Positions 32,223-40,347 of a DNA stretch of 47,739 nucleotides are shown here, piece by piece. This DNA is from Gaiellaceae bacterium (lineage in GTDB: Bacteria; Actinomycetota; Thermoleophilia; Gaiellales; Gaiellaceae). Under the pieces are notes generated by a model. The model was not told the DNA's origin. It was given only the letters and a program-made list of their open reading frames with translations, and ran no database searches. Numbering within the stretch: position 1 is the first letter of the stretch; the number at the start of each line of letters is the position of its first letter. The stretch is from NCBI GenBank assembly GCA_035296805.1, contig DATHAE010000134.1, positions 1 to 47,739 of the forward strand, written 5' to 3'. The translations under genes and the position numbers were made by a program.

Positions 32223-34060
32223 GACCCGAACCTCGCGGCCTGCAGGCGGAAGAGCCGCGCATACCCTCCGTCGGCGGCGACGAGCTCTGCGTGCGTCCCG
32301 TCCTCGACGACCCGTCCCTCCTCGAGCACGACGATCCGGTCGGCGCGGCGGACGGTCGAGAAACGATGCGAGATCAGGATCGTCGTCAGCCCGCGGGTCA
32401 GCTCGAGAAAGCTGTCGAAGAACTCCGCCTCCGCCCGCACGTCGAGGTTCGCCGTCGGCTCGTCGAGCACGAGAACGCCCGCCCCGCCCTCGACCGCCAT
32501 CAGCGCGCGCGCGATCGCGATCCGCTGCCACTGCCCGCCCGAAAGCTCGACGCCGTCGGCGTACTCCCGCGAGAGCGTCGTCTCGAGGCCGCGCGGCAGC
32601 CGTTCGACCAGCTTCAGGGCATCCGCGCGCGCGAGCGCCGAGCGAAGCCGGCCGTCGTCGTGCAGGAGCTGCGGCGCGCCAAAGCCGACGTTGTCACGCA
32701 CGGAGAAGTCGTAGTGCACGAAGTCCTGGAAGATCGCCCCGAGGCGCCGACGCCAAGCGCGGACCGGGAACGAGCGCAGGTCGGTGCCGTCGACGGTGAT
32801 CCGTCCCGCCTGCGGCTCGTAGAGGCGGGCGAGGAGCTTGACGAGCGTCGTCTTGCCGGCGCCGTTCAGGCCGACGATCGCGAGCGAGCGCCCGGCGGGG
32901 ATCGTCAGGTCGAGGTCGCGCAGCACCGGGCGGCCGCCTTCGCCGTAGGCGAAGCTCACGCCCTCGAAGCGGATCTCGGCGCGAGGCGCCGTCGACGGGT
33001 CCGCCGTCTCCTCCGCCTCCCCCCGCTCGGCGGCGGCCGCGACCCGTTCCTCGAACCGCTCGAGCCCGCGGTACGCGCGCAGGCCGAGCTCGATCTGCCA
33101 ATCGGCCTCGTTGATGAACGTCCCGATCGACCCGACGAGCACGATTCCCTGGAGCACGTAGACCAGCTCGCCCAGCGTGAGATCGCCGGCGGCCGCCGCG
33201 CGGGCCGCGCCGACGGTCGCGGCGCCCGAGAGCAGCAGCCACGCCGGCGCCGAGATGAGATAGCGGCCGTAGATGTACCGCCGCCGCGCCTTCCAGACCG
33301 GCAGGACGGCGGCGAGCGCGTGCGCCGCGTACCGGTCGCGGAGCCAGTCGAGGAGGCCGAAGACGCGGATTTCCTTCGCGGCGCCGCCCGAGGTCAGGAG
33401 GTTGCGGTAGTAGTCGCGGCGGCGGCGGTCCGGCGCGAAGCCCTGCTCGACCTCGCCGAGCCGCCCGATCCCGGACCGGATCCCCGCGCGCAGGGCGAGC
33501 GCGCCCGCGGCGGTCGCGACGGCGGCCCACCACGTGTAGACGACGCCGATGAACGCGGCCGCGACAGCGCACTGGATGTAGCGCGCGAGCAGGAAGAGCA
33601 TCCCCGAGCACGCCGCGCCGGGGGAGAATCCGACGCCACGGCGCGGGTCGGCGATGTCGGCGAGCATGTCGAGCGTCTCCTGGTCCTCCAGCGCGGCGAT
33701 CCCGGGCGGGCGGAACGACGCGTCCGCTGCGCGCTCGCGGAGCCGGTCGTCGACGCGCCACGCGACCAGCTCTCCGACCGCCCACTCGAGCGGCGCCAGC
33801 ACCTGCTGGACGACGAAGAGCGCGCCGGCGACGACCAGGGCGTCGCGGAGGGAGCGCCATTCGGGCGAGTCGAGTCCCTCCGCGACGGCGTCCGGCACGC
33901 GGCCGACGACCGCGCTCGTGGCGACGATGAACGCCACGGGCGCGAGTCCTGTGAACACCTGGAGCAGCGCCGCGAGCGCCAGCACGCCCTTCCCGGCGTA
34001 CGGCAGGATCCGGAAGATCGTCAGCCGCAGCGCGACGCGCTCGCGGAGGCGGCGCGTCAC
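32219..34060 (-). CDS. ABC exporter, fused permease/ATPase (first subunit of a pair)
   Basis: ORF track 32219..34060. Motifs are Walker A GLNGAGKTT, signature LSGGQWQR and Walker B VLVLDEPTANLD, with a 6-TM N-terminal domain. Confidence 0.9.
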   Translation of the reverse strand: MTRRLRERVALRLTIFRILPYAGKGVLALAALLQVFTGLAPVAFIVATSAVVGRVPDAVAEGLDSPEWRSLRDALVVAGALFVVQQVLAPLEWAVGELVAWRVDDRLRERAADASFRPPGIAALEDQETLDMLADIADPRRGVGFSPGAACSGMLFLLARYIQCAVAAAFIGVVYTWWAAVATAAGALALRAGIRSGIGRLGEVEQGFAPDRRRRDYYRNLLTSGGAAKEIRVFGLLDWLRDRYAAHALAAVLPVWKARRRYIYGRYLISAPAWLLLSGAATVGAARAAAAGDLTLGELVYVLQGIVLVGSIGTFINEADWQIELGLRAYRGLERFEERVAAAAERGEAEETADPSTAPRAEIRFEGVSFAYGEGGRPVLRDLDLTIPAGRSLAIVGLNGAGKTTLVKLLARLYEPQAGRITVDGTDLRSFPVRAWRRRLGAIFQDFVHYDFSVRDNVGFGAPQLLHDDGRLRSALARADALKLVERLPRGLETTLSREYADGVELSGGQWQRIAIARALMAVEGGAGVLVLDEPTANLDVRAEAEFFDSFLELTRGLTTILISHRFSTVRRADRIVVLEEGRVVEDGTHAELVAADGGYARLFRLQAARFGS

Positions 34061-34076
34061 GGCGAAGCCCTGAGCG

Positions 34077-35582
34077 TTAGCTGCGCCCGAGGTCGCCCGC
34101 GGGCGGGACGGTCGTCGGCACGCCGCTCGGCGGCAAACCGTCGAGGTTCGTCTTCGGCGGCGCGAGCGCGCGCCGAAGCGAGGCGGGGTCGAGCCCGTCG
34201 GCGGACGAGATGTCGCTCATCGCGAGCAGCATCGCCCCCGCCTGCGGCGCGGGCAGGCGCGAGGACGAGCCCTTGCCGCCGAAGGCCGCGAGCCACGCGG
34301 TCGCGATCGGGAACGGCAGGTCCTCGAGCCGCTGCCACGCCTGGACGTAGGGGTACGGGTCGACGGCGCCGTCGTAGCCGAGGTACAGGCGCGACACCGG
34401 GTGCACCTCGAAATGGAGGTGGTAGGGCGTCGCCTCGGCGTCGCCCGTGTTGCCCATGAAGCCGACCACCTGGCCTGCCTTCACGTGCGCGCCGTCGACG
34501 GCGAGGGTCGAGAAGGCGGAGAGGTGCGCGTAGTAGAACTCGTTGCCCTTCTCGTCGCGGAGCCACAGCCGGTTGCCGCCGAGGCGGTTCCAGCCGACGG
34601 AGAAGATCGTCCCGTCGGCGACGGCGAGCAGCGGCTGCCCGAGCTGGCCGAAGACGTCGACGCCGTGGTGGTAGGAGACGTCGGCGCGCGGGAAGCCGTA
34701 GGAGTCGCTGTACGACGACGGGCCGTAGACGGGGAACACGTACCGGCGCCCCGTCAGCGGCGGGTGGACGCGCGGCGCCTCGCGGAAGGTCGGAGCGTGT
34801 CCCGGCTTCGCCTTCGCGCGCGCCTGCGGCCGGTCGGCCGGCACCGGATCGGCCGGGGTGGGCGTCGAGGTCGTGGTGGTGGCGGCGGTCGTGGTGGTCG
34901 TCGTCGTCGTCGCCGCGGTCGTGGCCGGGGGCGGCGGCGGCGGCGCCGTCTGCGCGGCGGCCTCGGCGTGGCCGATCTGGATCTCACTCCCAGCCGGCAG
35001 CCCGCCGTGGTCGGCGTTCAGGTGGATGACCAGCGTCGTAACGGAGCCGCGGAAGCCGTGCCGCCCCGCCGGGGCCGAGGCGTCGGAGGTCTGCGCGTTG
35101 ACGATCGCATAGCCCCAGTCGCCGAGGTTGACGCGGCCCCCCGAGGCACCCTGCCCGAGCGCCTGAAAGCCCGAGACGCCCGTGCCGTTGAAGTCCCCGG
35201 CGGCGCCGCCCGCCTGCGCGCCCGCCTGCGCGCGCGCGGAGACGGCCGAGGCCGTGATCTCGCCGCCGAAGATGCTGATCGAAGAGACGTCCGACGATCC
35301 GCGCGCAACCGCGTTCGTGTCGCCGATCGTGGTCGAGGCCGACGCGGAGGTCGCGCCGGTCGAGATGACCGAGCCGTCGCCCGGGTACGCGAACCCGCCC
35401 GTGTAGGCGGGGCCGGTCGACGGCGGAGCCTGCACGGCGGTGGTGCCGCCGCCCGTCGTGAGGCGAATCGCCCACGCACCGGCCGAGGCGGTGGGCGTCT
35501 GGTCGGCGCCCGTCGCGGACGCGCCGCCCGCCGCGGCGACGACCGCAAGCAATCCGAGCATGGCAAGGAGACGGCGAGACAC
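34077..35582 (-). CDS. Secreted M23 (LytM-type) metallopeptidase with an unassigned ~250-aa N-terminal region and a Thr/Pro linker
   Basis: ORF track 34077..35582 with a GTG start and a signal peptide (LLAMLGLLAVVAAAGGASA). M23 motifs are HHGVDVF (HxxxD) and YHLHFEVH (HxH). It ends 16 nt upstream of the ABC gene. Confidence 0.88.
   Translation of the reverse strand: MSRRLLAMLGLLAVVAAAGGASATGADQTPTASAGAWAIRLTTGGGTTAVQAPPSTGPAYTGGFAYPGDGSVISTGATSASASTTIGDTNAVARGSSDVSSISIFGGEITASAVSARAQAGAQAGGAAGDFNGTGVSGFQALGQGASGGRVNLGDWGYAIVNAQTSDASAPAGRHGFRGSVTTLVIHLNADHGGLPAGSEIQIGHAEAAAQTAPPPPPPATTAATTTTTTTTAATTTTSTPTPADPVPADRPQARAKAKPGHAPTFREAPRVHPPLTGRRYVFPVYGPSSYSDSYGFPRADVSYHHGVDVFGQLGQPLLAVADGTIFSVGWNRLGGNRLWLRDEKGNEFYYAHLSAFSTLAVDGAHVKAGQVVGFMGNTGDAEATPYHLHFEVHPVSRLYLGYDGAVDPYPYVQAWQRLEDLPFPIATAWLAAFGGKGSSSRLPAPQAGAMLLAMSDISSADGLDPASLRRALAPPKTNLDGLPPSGVPTTVPPAGDLGRS
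34853..34948 (-). repeat. Pro/Thr codon tract in the M23 peptidase gene
   Basis: Translates to PPPPPPATTAATTTTTTTTAATTTTSTPTP. On the + strand it appears as GTC/GTG/GGC triplet runs. Confidence 0.75.
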
Positions 35583-35583
35583 C

Positions 35584-35628
35584 CCGCTCCCATTATGGCC
35601 ACGAATCGGGACAACCGCCCGGGAGCGG
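35584..35628 (-). promoter_or_regulatory. 8-bp perfect inverted repeat pairing an upstream CCGCUCCC with the SD region GGGAGCGG of the M23 peptidase gene
   Basis: Plus-strand ccgctccc at 35584-35591 is the exact reverse complement of gggagcgg at 35621-35628. On the mRNA the 3' arm ends 1 nt before GUG 35582. The loop is 29 nt. Confidence 0.4.
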
Positions 35629-35654
35629 CGGCCAGGGTCTGACTCTCCAAGCGG

Positions 35655-36410
35655 CTACGACGGGACGCGGCGCGCGAGGATCTGCATCCGCCAGGTGTCG
35701 ATACTGAACTCGGCACCGTCGAACCCGCCCCAGTCGGCGACGGGCTCGAGGCCGGCGCGCAGCAACATCGCTGCCAGCTCCGGGTAGGTGTACGCGCGCA
35801 CCGAGTGCCGGAGCTCGCGCCGGTCGTCGCCGACGAGCGTCCAGACGGCGTTCGACCGGCCTGTGCGTACGTCGTACTCGCGGGACTCGAGCAGCACGCG
35901 CCCGTCCGCGAGGTCGCTCCACCCCTGTGGCCGGAACCCCTTCACGAGCGCGGTCGGGTTGAACGTGTCGATGAAGAACGAACCGCCGGGCCGAAGCGCG
36001 CGCGCGACCGCCCGCAGCGCACGCTCGTCCTCGCTCTCCTCCGCGAAGTAGCCGAACGCCGTGTAGAGGTTGATCGCGGCGTCGAACTCGTCGGCCGACG
36101 GAAGCTCCCGCATGTCGCCTTGCACGTACTCGATCTCGACGCCGGCGTCGGCCGCCGCGAGGCGCGCGTGCGCGAGCGACGACTCGGACGCGTCGATCCC
36201 CGTGACGCGCAAGCCGCGCTGCGCGAGCCGCAGCGCGTGCCTCCCGTGCCCGCACGCGACGTCGAGGACGCGCGCACCGGGCTCCAGCCCGAGGCGCTCG
36301 ACGATCGCGTCGACCTGCTCGGGCGTCCGCTGGTCGTCGTGCCCGAGAGCGATGACGAGCCAGTCGTCGTCGAAGAACGACTCGTACCAGCGCGGATCGG
36401 CTTCGATCAC
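35655..36410 (-). CDS. Class I SAM-dependent methyltransferase (small-molecule type)
   Basis: ORF track 35655..36410. It has motif I VLDVACGHGRH and a post-I acidic residue (VTGIDAS). No DNA-methyltransferase catalytic motifs (DPPY/NPPY, PC) are present. Confidence 0.85.
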   Translation of the reverse strand: MIEADPRWYESFFDDDWLVIALGHDDQRTPEQVDAIVERLGLEPGARVLDVACGHGRHALRLAQRGLRVTGIDASESSLAHARLAAADAGVEIEYVQGDMRELPSADEFDAAINLYTAFGYFAEESEDERALRAVARALRPGGSFFIDTFNPTALVKGFRPQGWSDLADGRVLLESREYDVRTGRSNAVWTLVGDDRRELRHSVRAYTYPELAAMLLRAGLEPVADWGGFDGAEFSIDTWRMQILARRVPS

Positions 36411-36799
36411 GCCCCGAGGCGCTCGCGCGCGAAGGCGCGAAACCGCGCGCGGGCTTCGTCGTCCGGGCCCATCGGCTCCTCGGCCGCGAGCCGCTCGTCG
36501 GCGGCGACCTCCTCGGCGACGGCGCGGATCTCGCGCGCGACGGCGTCGTGGTGGCGCGGATCGCGCAGGATCGAGTCGATCCAGGTCTCGCTCCCGTCGT
36601 ACTCGCCGATGTCGTGCTCGACGAGCAGCTGCCCGAGGAGCAGGCCCACCCGGATGTACGCGAAGGTGCGGAACGCGAGGATCCGGCGCGGCGAGTCGAC
36701 GAGCTCGGCGACCTCGGGGCTCTCCTCCACGATCTGCGTCACGATCGAGCCGATCGGCTCGTCGACGAGCGGGATCCAGACTTCCTCCAACTCGGCCAT
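36407..36799 (-). CDS. Hypothetical protein (130 aa)
   Basis: ORF 36407..37003 trimmed to ATG 36799 (MAELEEVWIPLVDEPIG...). ATGA overlap with the methyltransferase start. Confidence 0.6.
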   Translation of the reverse strand: MAELEEVWIPLVDEPIGSIVTQIVEESPEVAELVDSPRRILAFRTFAYIRVGLLLGQLLVEHDIGEYDGSETWIDSILRDPRHHDAVAREIRAVAEEVAADERLAAEEPMGPDDEARARFRAFARERLGA

Positions 36800-36813
36800 C
36801 GGCGAAGTGTGAA

Positions 36814-37179
36814 CTATGAGCGGCTCGTGCGCCAGACCAGGTGTACCGCGGTCAGGAGCAGGAACGCGCCGAAGAGTCGTCGCAGCACGTCCTCCGGCAG
36901 CGACGTCGCGACGACCGCGCCGAACTGGACGCCGACGACGCTCCCGACGCCGACGATGCCGGCCGCGCGGAGGTCGACGTTGCCGTAACGGTACTGGCGC
37001 CACGATCCGACGGCCGCGGTCGGCAGGATCGCGAGCAGCGACGTCGCCTCCGCCTCGAGCTGCGAGAGTCCGAGCCCGAGCGCGAGCGTCGGGACGAACA
37101 CGATCCCGCCGCCGACCCCGAAGAGACCGGCGAGGACGCCGCCGACGAGCCCGACGACGATCACCAGCGCCGTCGTCAT
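36814..37179 (-). CDS. TauE/SafE-family anion exporter, half-size unit (121 aa, 4 TM), downstream half
   Basis: ORF 36814..37425 trimmed to ATG 37179 (MTTALVIVVGLVGGVLAGLFGVGGGIVFVP...). ATGA overlap with the upstream half. Confidence 0.75.
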   Translation of the reverse strand: MTTALVIVVGLVGGVLAGLFGVGGGIVFVPTLALGLGLSQLEAEATSLLAILPTAAVGSWRQYRYGNVDLRAAGIVGVGSVVGVQFGAVVATSLPEDVLRRLFGAFLLLTAVHLVWRTSRS

Positions 37180-37520
37180 GCGATCAGCAGCCTCCCGGCG
37201 ACGATCACGAGCAGCGCGGCGAAGGCGTAGGAGAGGCCGCGGACCGGGATCCGCTGCTGCAGCGACGTGCCGGCGACGACGCCGACCACCGCAGGAATGC
37301 CGACGAGCGCGGCGGCGCCGGGATCGACCGCGCCGTGGAAGGCGTAGGTGATCGATCCCGTGATCGCCGTCACCATCACCGCCGTCAACGAGGTCGCAGC
37401 GGCGCGCCTGGCCGCGAACGCGCACAGGATCGTCAGCGCCGGAACGATCACGATCCCGCCGCCGACGCCGAACAGAGCGCCGAGGAAGCCGGCGGCAAGC
37501 CCGATCAGGAGCAGGCGCAC
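37176..37520 (-). CDS. TauE/SafE-family anion exporter, half-size unit (114 aa, 4 TM), upstream half
   Basis: ORF 37176..37694 trimmed to GTG 37520 (VRLLLIGLAAGFLGALFGVGGGIVIVP...). Confidence 0.75.
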   Translation of the reverse strand: MRLLLIGLAAGFLGALFGVGGGIVIVPALTILCAFAARRAAATSLTAVMVTAITGSITYAFHGAVDPGAAALVGIPAVVGVVAGTSLQQRIPVRGLSYAFAALLVIVAGRLLIA

Positions 37521-37537
37521 CCGTCTACTGTACGGCC

Positions 37538-38242
37538 GTGGACGCGCTGGCACGCCTCGCCTCAGAGCCGGAGCGCGCCGCCCTCTTCCTCGACATCGAC
37601 GGCGTCCTCGCGCCGATCGTCGCCGACCCCGACGACGCGCGCGTGCCCGACGAGACGCGGGCCGTCCTGCGTGAGTTGGCGACGCGCTACGCACTCGTCG
37701 CGTGCGTCACGGGCCGCGCCTCCGAGGTCGCGCGCGCGATCGTCGGCGTCCCGGAGGTGACCTACGTCGGCGAGCACGGCCTGGAGCTGGAGCCGGAGGC
37801 GGCGGAGTGGGGCAAGCGGATCCGTGCGTTCGCGGCCCGCGCCCGGTGGCCGGCCGAGGACAAGCCGCTCACGGCCGCGTTCCACTACCGCACCGCCGAG
37901 CGGCCCGCCGAGGCGCGGGAGGTGCTCGAGGAGGTGGCCGCCGAGGCGCTCGGCGAGGGCTTCCGGACGCGCTGGGGGCGGATGGTGCTCGAGGTTCTGC
38001 CGCCGGTCGACGCGTCGAAAGGGACCGCGGTGCGCCGGCTGCTGGAGCGGGACGGACTGGGGCGCGCGCTCTACGCCGGCGACGACACGACCGACCTCGA
38101 CGGCTTCGCGGCGCTCGACGGCCTCGAGGCCGCGGTGCGGGTCGCGATCGCCTCGCCGGAGGGCCCGACGGAGCTCGGCGAGCGCGCCGACGTCGTCCTG
38201 GGCTCGCCTGCGGCCCTGGTCGAGTTGCTACGGCAACTGTAG
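37538..38242 (+). CDS. otsB: Trehalose-6-phosphate phosphatase (HAD-IIB)
   Basis: ORF track 37538..38242 with a GTG start. Motifs are LFLDIDGVLAP (DxDG), VTGR and YAGDDTTDLDGF. Confidence 0.85.
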   Translation: MDALARLASEPERAALFLDIDGVLAPIVADPDDARVPDETRAVLRELATRYALVACVTGRASEVARAIVGVPEVTYVGEHGLELEPEAAEWGKRIRAFAARARWPAEDKPLTAAFHYRTAERPAEAREVLEEVAAEALGEGFRTRWGRMVLEVLPPVDASKGTAVRRLLERDGLGRALYAGDDTTDLDGFAALDGLEAAVRVAIASPEGPTELGERADVVLGSPAALVELLRQL

Positions 38243-39637
38243 AGCGTTCGCGTAGATCTCCTCGCCGAGCGAGCCGAGGCGCCGCGAGTCCGTCCAGATC
38301 GGATGGGCGACCCCGGCCGCGGCCGCGACTCCCGCGTAGTCGCCGTACTGGAAGGGAGAGGCGGCGCGCGCCGTCTCGTCGGAGAAGGCGTGGGCGGCCC
38401 GCCGCGGCAACGTCCACGTCGTGCCGCCGTCGGCCGACGACGAGCAGGTGTAGCGCGCGCGCCGGCGTGTGGGGTCGCCTCTCGTGTCGTACCAACAGGC
38501 CCAGAGGCGGCCCGTCGTCGCGTCCACGGTCGAGGCCGGGAGGAACTGGTCGGAGGGCGCGCGCCCGTCGGGCGGATTGACGCGGCGGCGGGTTCCGAGC
38601 GCGCTCAGCGTCGCGGCGTCGAACGACCTCACCCAGACGTCCTGGCCGGTTCCGCCGGGCGTGCGCGCGGCGTAGGTCACGTGGACGCGGCCGTGGGCGG
38701 CGTCGGCGGTCACCTGCGGCGCCGGCGCCGCGCACCGCGTCGCCTGCGCGGGGATCGCCGAGCCGGCGAACGGGCACGACGCGCCCGTGAAGGGCAGCGT
38801 CGCGATCGGGAGGTCGCGCCGGAAGTGATCGCCGCCGTCGTCCGAGCGGTCGAGGAGCACGCGCCCGTCCTCGGTCAGCCACGCGACGTACAGCGTCCCG
38901 TCGTCGCCGACGGCGAGGCTCGCGTAGGTCTGGTAGGTCCGGCGTGCGCCGCTGACGCGGACGGCGCGCGACCACGTCGCACCGTCGTCGTCGCTGTGTG
39001 AGACCACCACTTCGTACGACGCCGTCGGCGCGAACAGGCGGCTCCAGGCGAGGTAGAGGCGCCCGGCGTATGGGCTCGCGGCGGACACGTCGACGGCCAG
39101 CGCGTTCTTGTCGCTCATGGCAGTCGCCCCCTCGATCCGCAGGAGGCGGGACGACCACGGCGCCCCGGCCCGACGCCGAGTCGCGAGGGCCAGCGAGATG
39201 CGCTCGGACTGCCCGTCGCACGAGCCGGCGAGGAACGCGTAGAACTGGCGGCCGTCCGGACCGATCGCCACCGCGGGGTCGCCGTAGGAGCAGGTGCCGC
39301 GCGGCGGCGGCAGCGGGCGCGACGTCCACGTCCTCCCGCCGTTGGCCGAGCCGTAGACGCGACTCGCCGACGCGTACGACGCCGACCCGGCCACGAGCAC
39401 GGCCGGGCGGGAGGGGTCGACCGCGATCGCGACCTCGGCCTGCGCGCCCCTCGCGCGCGAGACGTTGACGTCGCCGCGCACGCCGCGGCCGCGAACGCGC
39501 ACCGCCGCGCCCGAGGCCGCCACGCGGTGCGGCGCGAGCGACCGCCCCGCCGGACGCCGCTCGGCGCGCTCGACGGCGACGGGCAACGCGAGAGCCGCCG
39601 ACGCGGCGAGCGCCACCGGTGCGAGCCGCCGCGTCAC
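38228..39637 (-). CDS. Secreted BNR-repeat (sialidase/exo-alpha-sialidase-like beta-propeller) protein
   Basis: ORF track 38228..39637 with a GTG start and a signal peptide. BNR/Asp-box motifs are SANGGRTW, SDDDGATW, SDDGGDHF and SADGGTTW. The start overlaps the response-regulator stop (GTGA). Confidence 0.8.
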   Translation of the reverse strand: MTRRLAPVALAASAALALPVAVERAERRPAGRSLAPHRVAASGAAVRVRGRGVRGDVNVSRARGAQAEVAIAVDPSRPAVLVAGSASYASASRVYGSANGGRTWTSRPLPPPRGTCSYGDPAVAIGPDGRQFYAFLAGSCDGQSERISLALATRRRAGAPWSSRLLRIEGATAMSDKNALAVDVSAASPYAGRLYLAWSRLFAPTASYEVVVSHSDDDGATWSRAVRVSGARRTYQTYASLAVGDDGTLYVAWLTEDGRVLLDRSDDGGDHFRRDLPIATLPFTGASCPFAGSAIPAQATRCAAPAPQVTADAAHGRVHVTYAARTPGGTGQDVWVRSFDAATLSALGTRRRVNPPDGRAPSDQFLPASTVDATTGRLWACWYDTRGDPTRRRARYTCSSSADGGTTWTLPRRAAHAFSDETARAASPFQYGDYAGVAAAAGVAHPIWTDSRRLGSLGEEIYANALQLP

Positions 39638-40347
39638 AGGCGCAGCCGCTCGCGCAGCTGGCGCGACTGGCGGCGCGCCACGTCGAGCTCCGTCCGCTCG
39701 GCGTCGGCGAGCGCGAGCCTGATCCGGTCCGGGCCGGCGCGCTTCACGGCCGCCACCTTCGCGAGGTTGACGAGGTGCGAGCGGTGGATGCGCGCGAAGC
39801 GATGACCCGGCAGCTTCTCCTCCAGCTCGCCGAGCGATGCGGTGCAGAGGTAGGAGCGGTCGTAGGTGTGGACGCGGCTGTAGTCGCCGTCGGCCTCCAC
39901 GTAGTGGATCGCCTCGTAGTCGACGAGCTCTGTGCGGCCGCCGGCGACGACCGGGATCTTCTCCACCGGCGGCGCCTGCGGCGTCACCCGCTCGGCCAGC
40001 CGCTCGAGCACGCGCGCCAGACGCTCGGGATCGACCGGCTTCAGCAGGTAGTCGAACGCCTCGACGGCGAACGCGTCGACGGCGTACTCCGGATGTGCCG
40101 TCACGAACACGACCGCGGGCGGCTCGCGTTGCTCGCGCACGAGCGGAGCCGCCTCGAGCCCGGTCAGGCCCGGCATCTGCACGTCGAGGAAGACCACGTC
40201 GTAGTGGACGGCCTTCGCGAGCGCGAGCGCCTCCGCCGCTCCGGCAGCCTCGCCGACGACCTCGACGCCTTCGTGCGCGTCGAGCAGGTAGCGCAGCTCC
40301 GATCGCGCCGGCGCCTCGTCGTCGACGATGAGGGCGCTGATGGTCAC
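39634..40347 (-). CDS. LytR/AlgR-family response regulator (receiver + LytTR DNA-binding domain)
   Basis: ORF 39634..41127 trimmed to GTG 40347 (VTISALIVDDEAPARSEL...VVFLDVQMPG...). LytTR block FARIHRSHLVNL. GTGA overlap with the kinase stop. Confidence 0.9.
   Translation of the reverse strand: MTISALIVDDEAPARSELRYLLDAHEGVEVVGEAAGAAEALALAKAVHYDVVFLDVQMPGLTGLEAAPLVREQREPPAVVFVTAHPEYAVDAFAVEAFDYLLKPVDPERLARVLERLAERVTPQAPPVEKIPVVAGGRTELVDYEAIHYVEADGDYSRVHTYDRSYLCTASLGELEEKLPGHRFARIHRSHLVNLAKVAAVKRAGPDRIRLALADAERTELDVARRQSRQLRERLRL

Noticed and set aside
30663-34459. ORFs 30663..32714 (+, 683 aa) and 32291..34459 (+, 722 aa) antisense to the ABC exporter genes.
   Set aside because: They are Arg/Glu/Asp-rich artefacts. 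The minus strand carries Walker A/B and LSGGQ signatures in the expected order.
35583-35654. A c-di-AMP (ydaO-type) riboswitch upstream of the M23 peptidase gene.
   Set aside because: The leader is only 72 nt, which is too short for that class. I could not recognise its conserved pseudo-symmetric core by eye. I report only the SD-pairing hairpin. An Rfam scan would settle it.
35655-36410. The SAM-dependent methyltransferase as part of a restriction-modification system.
   Set aside because: It has a small-molecule class I fold with no DNA-methyltransferase catalytic motifs or target-recognition domain. There is no adjacent nuclease, helicase or specificity gene.
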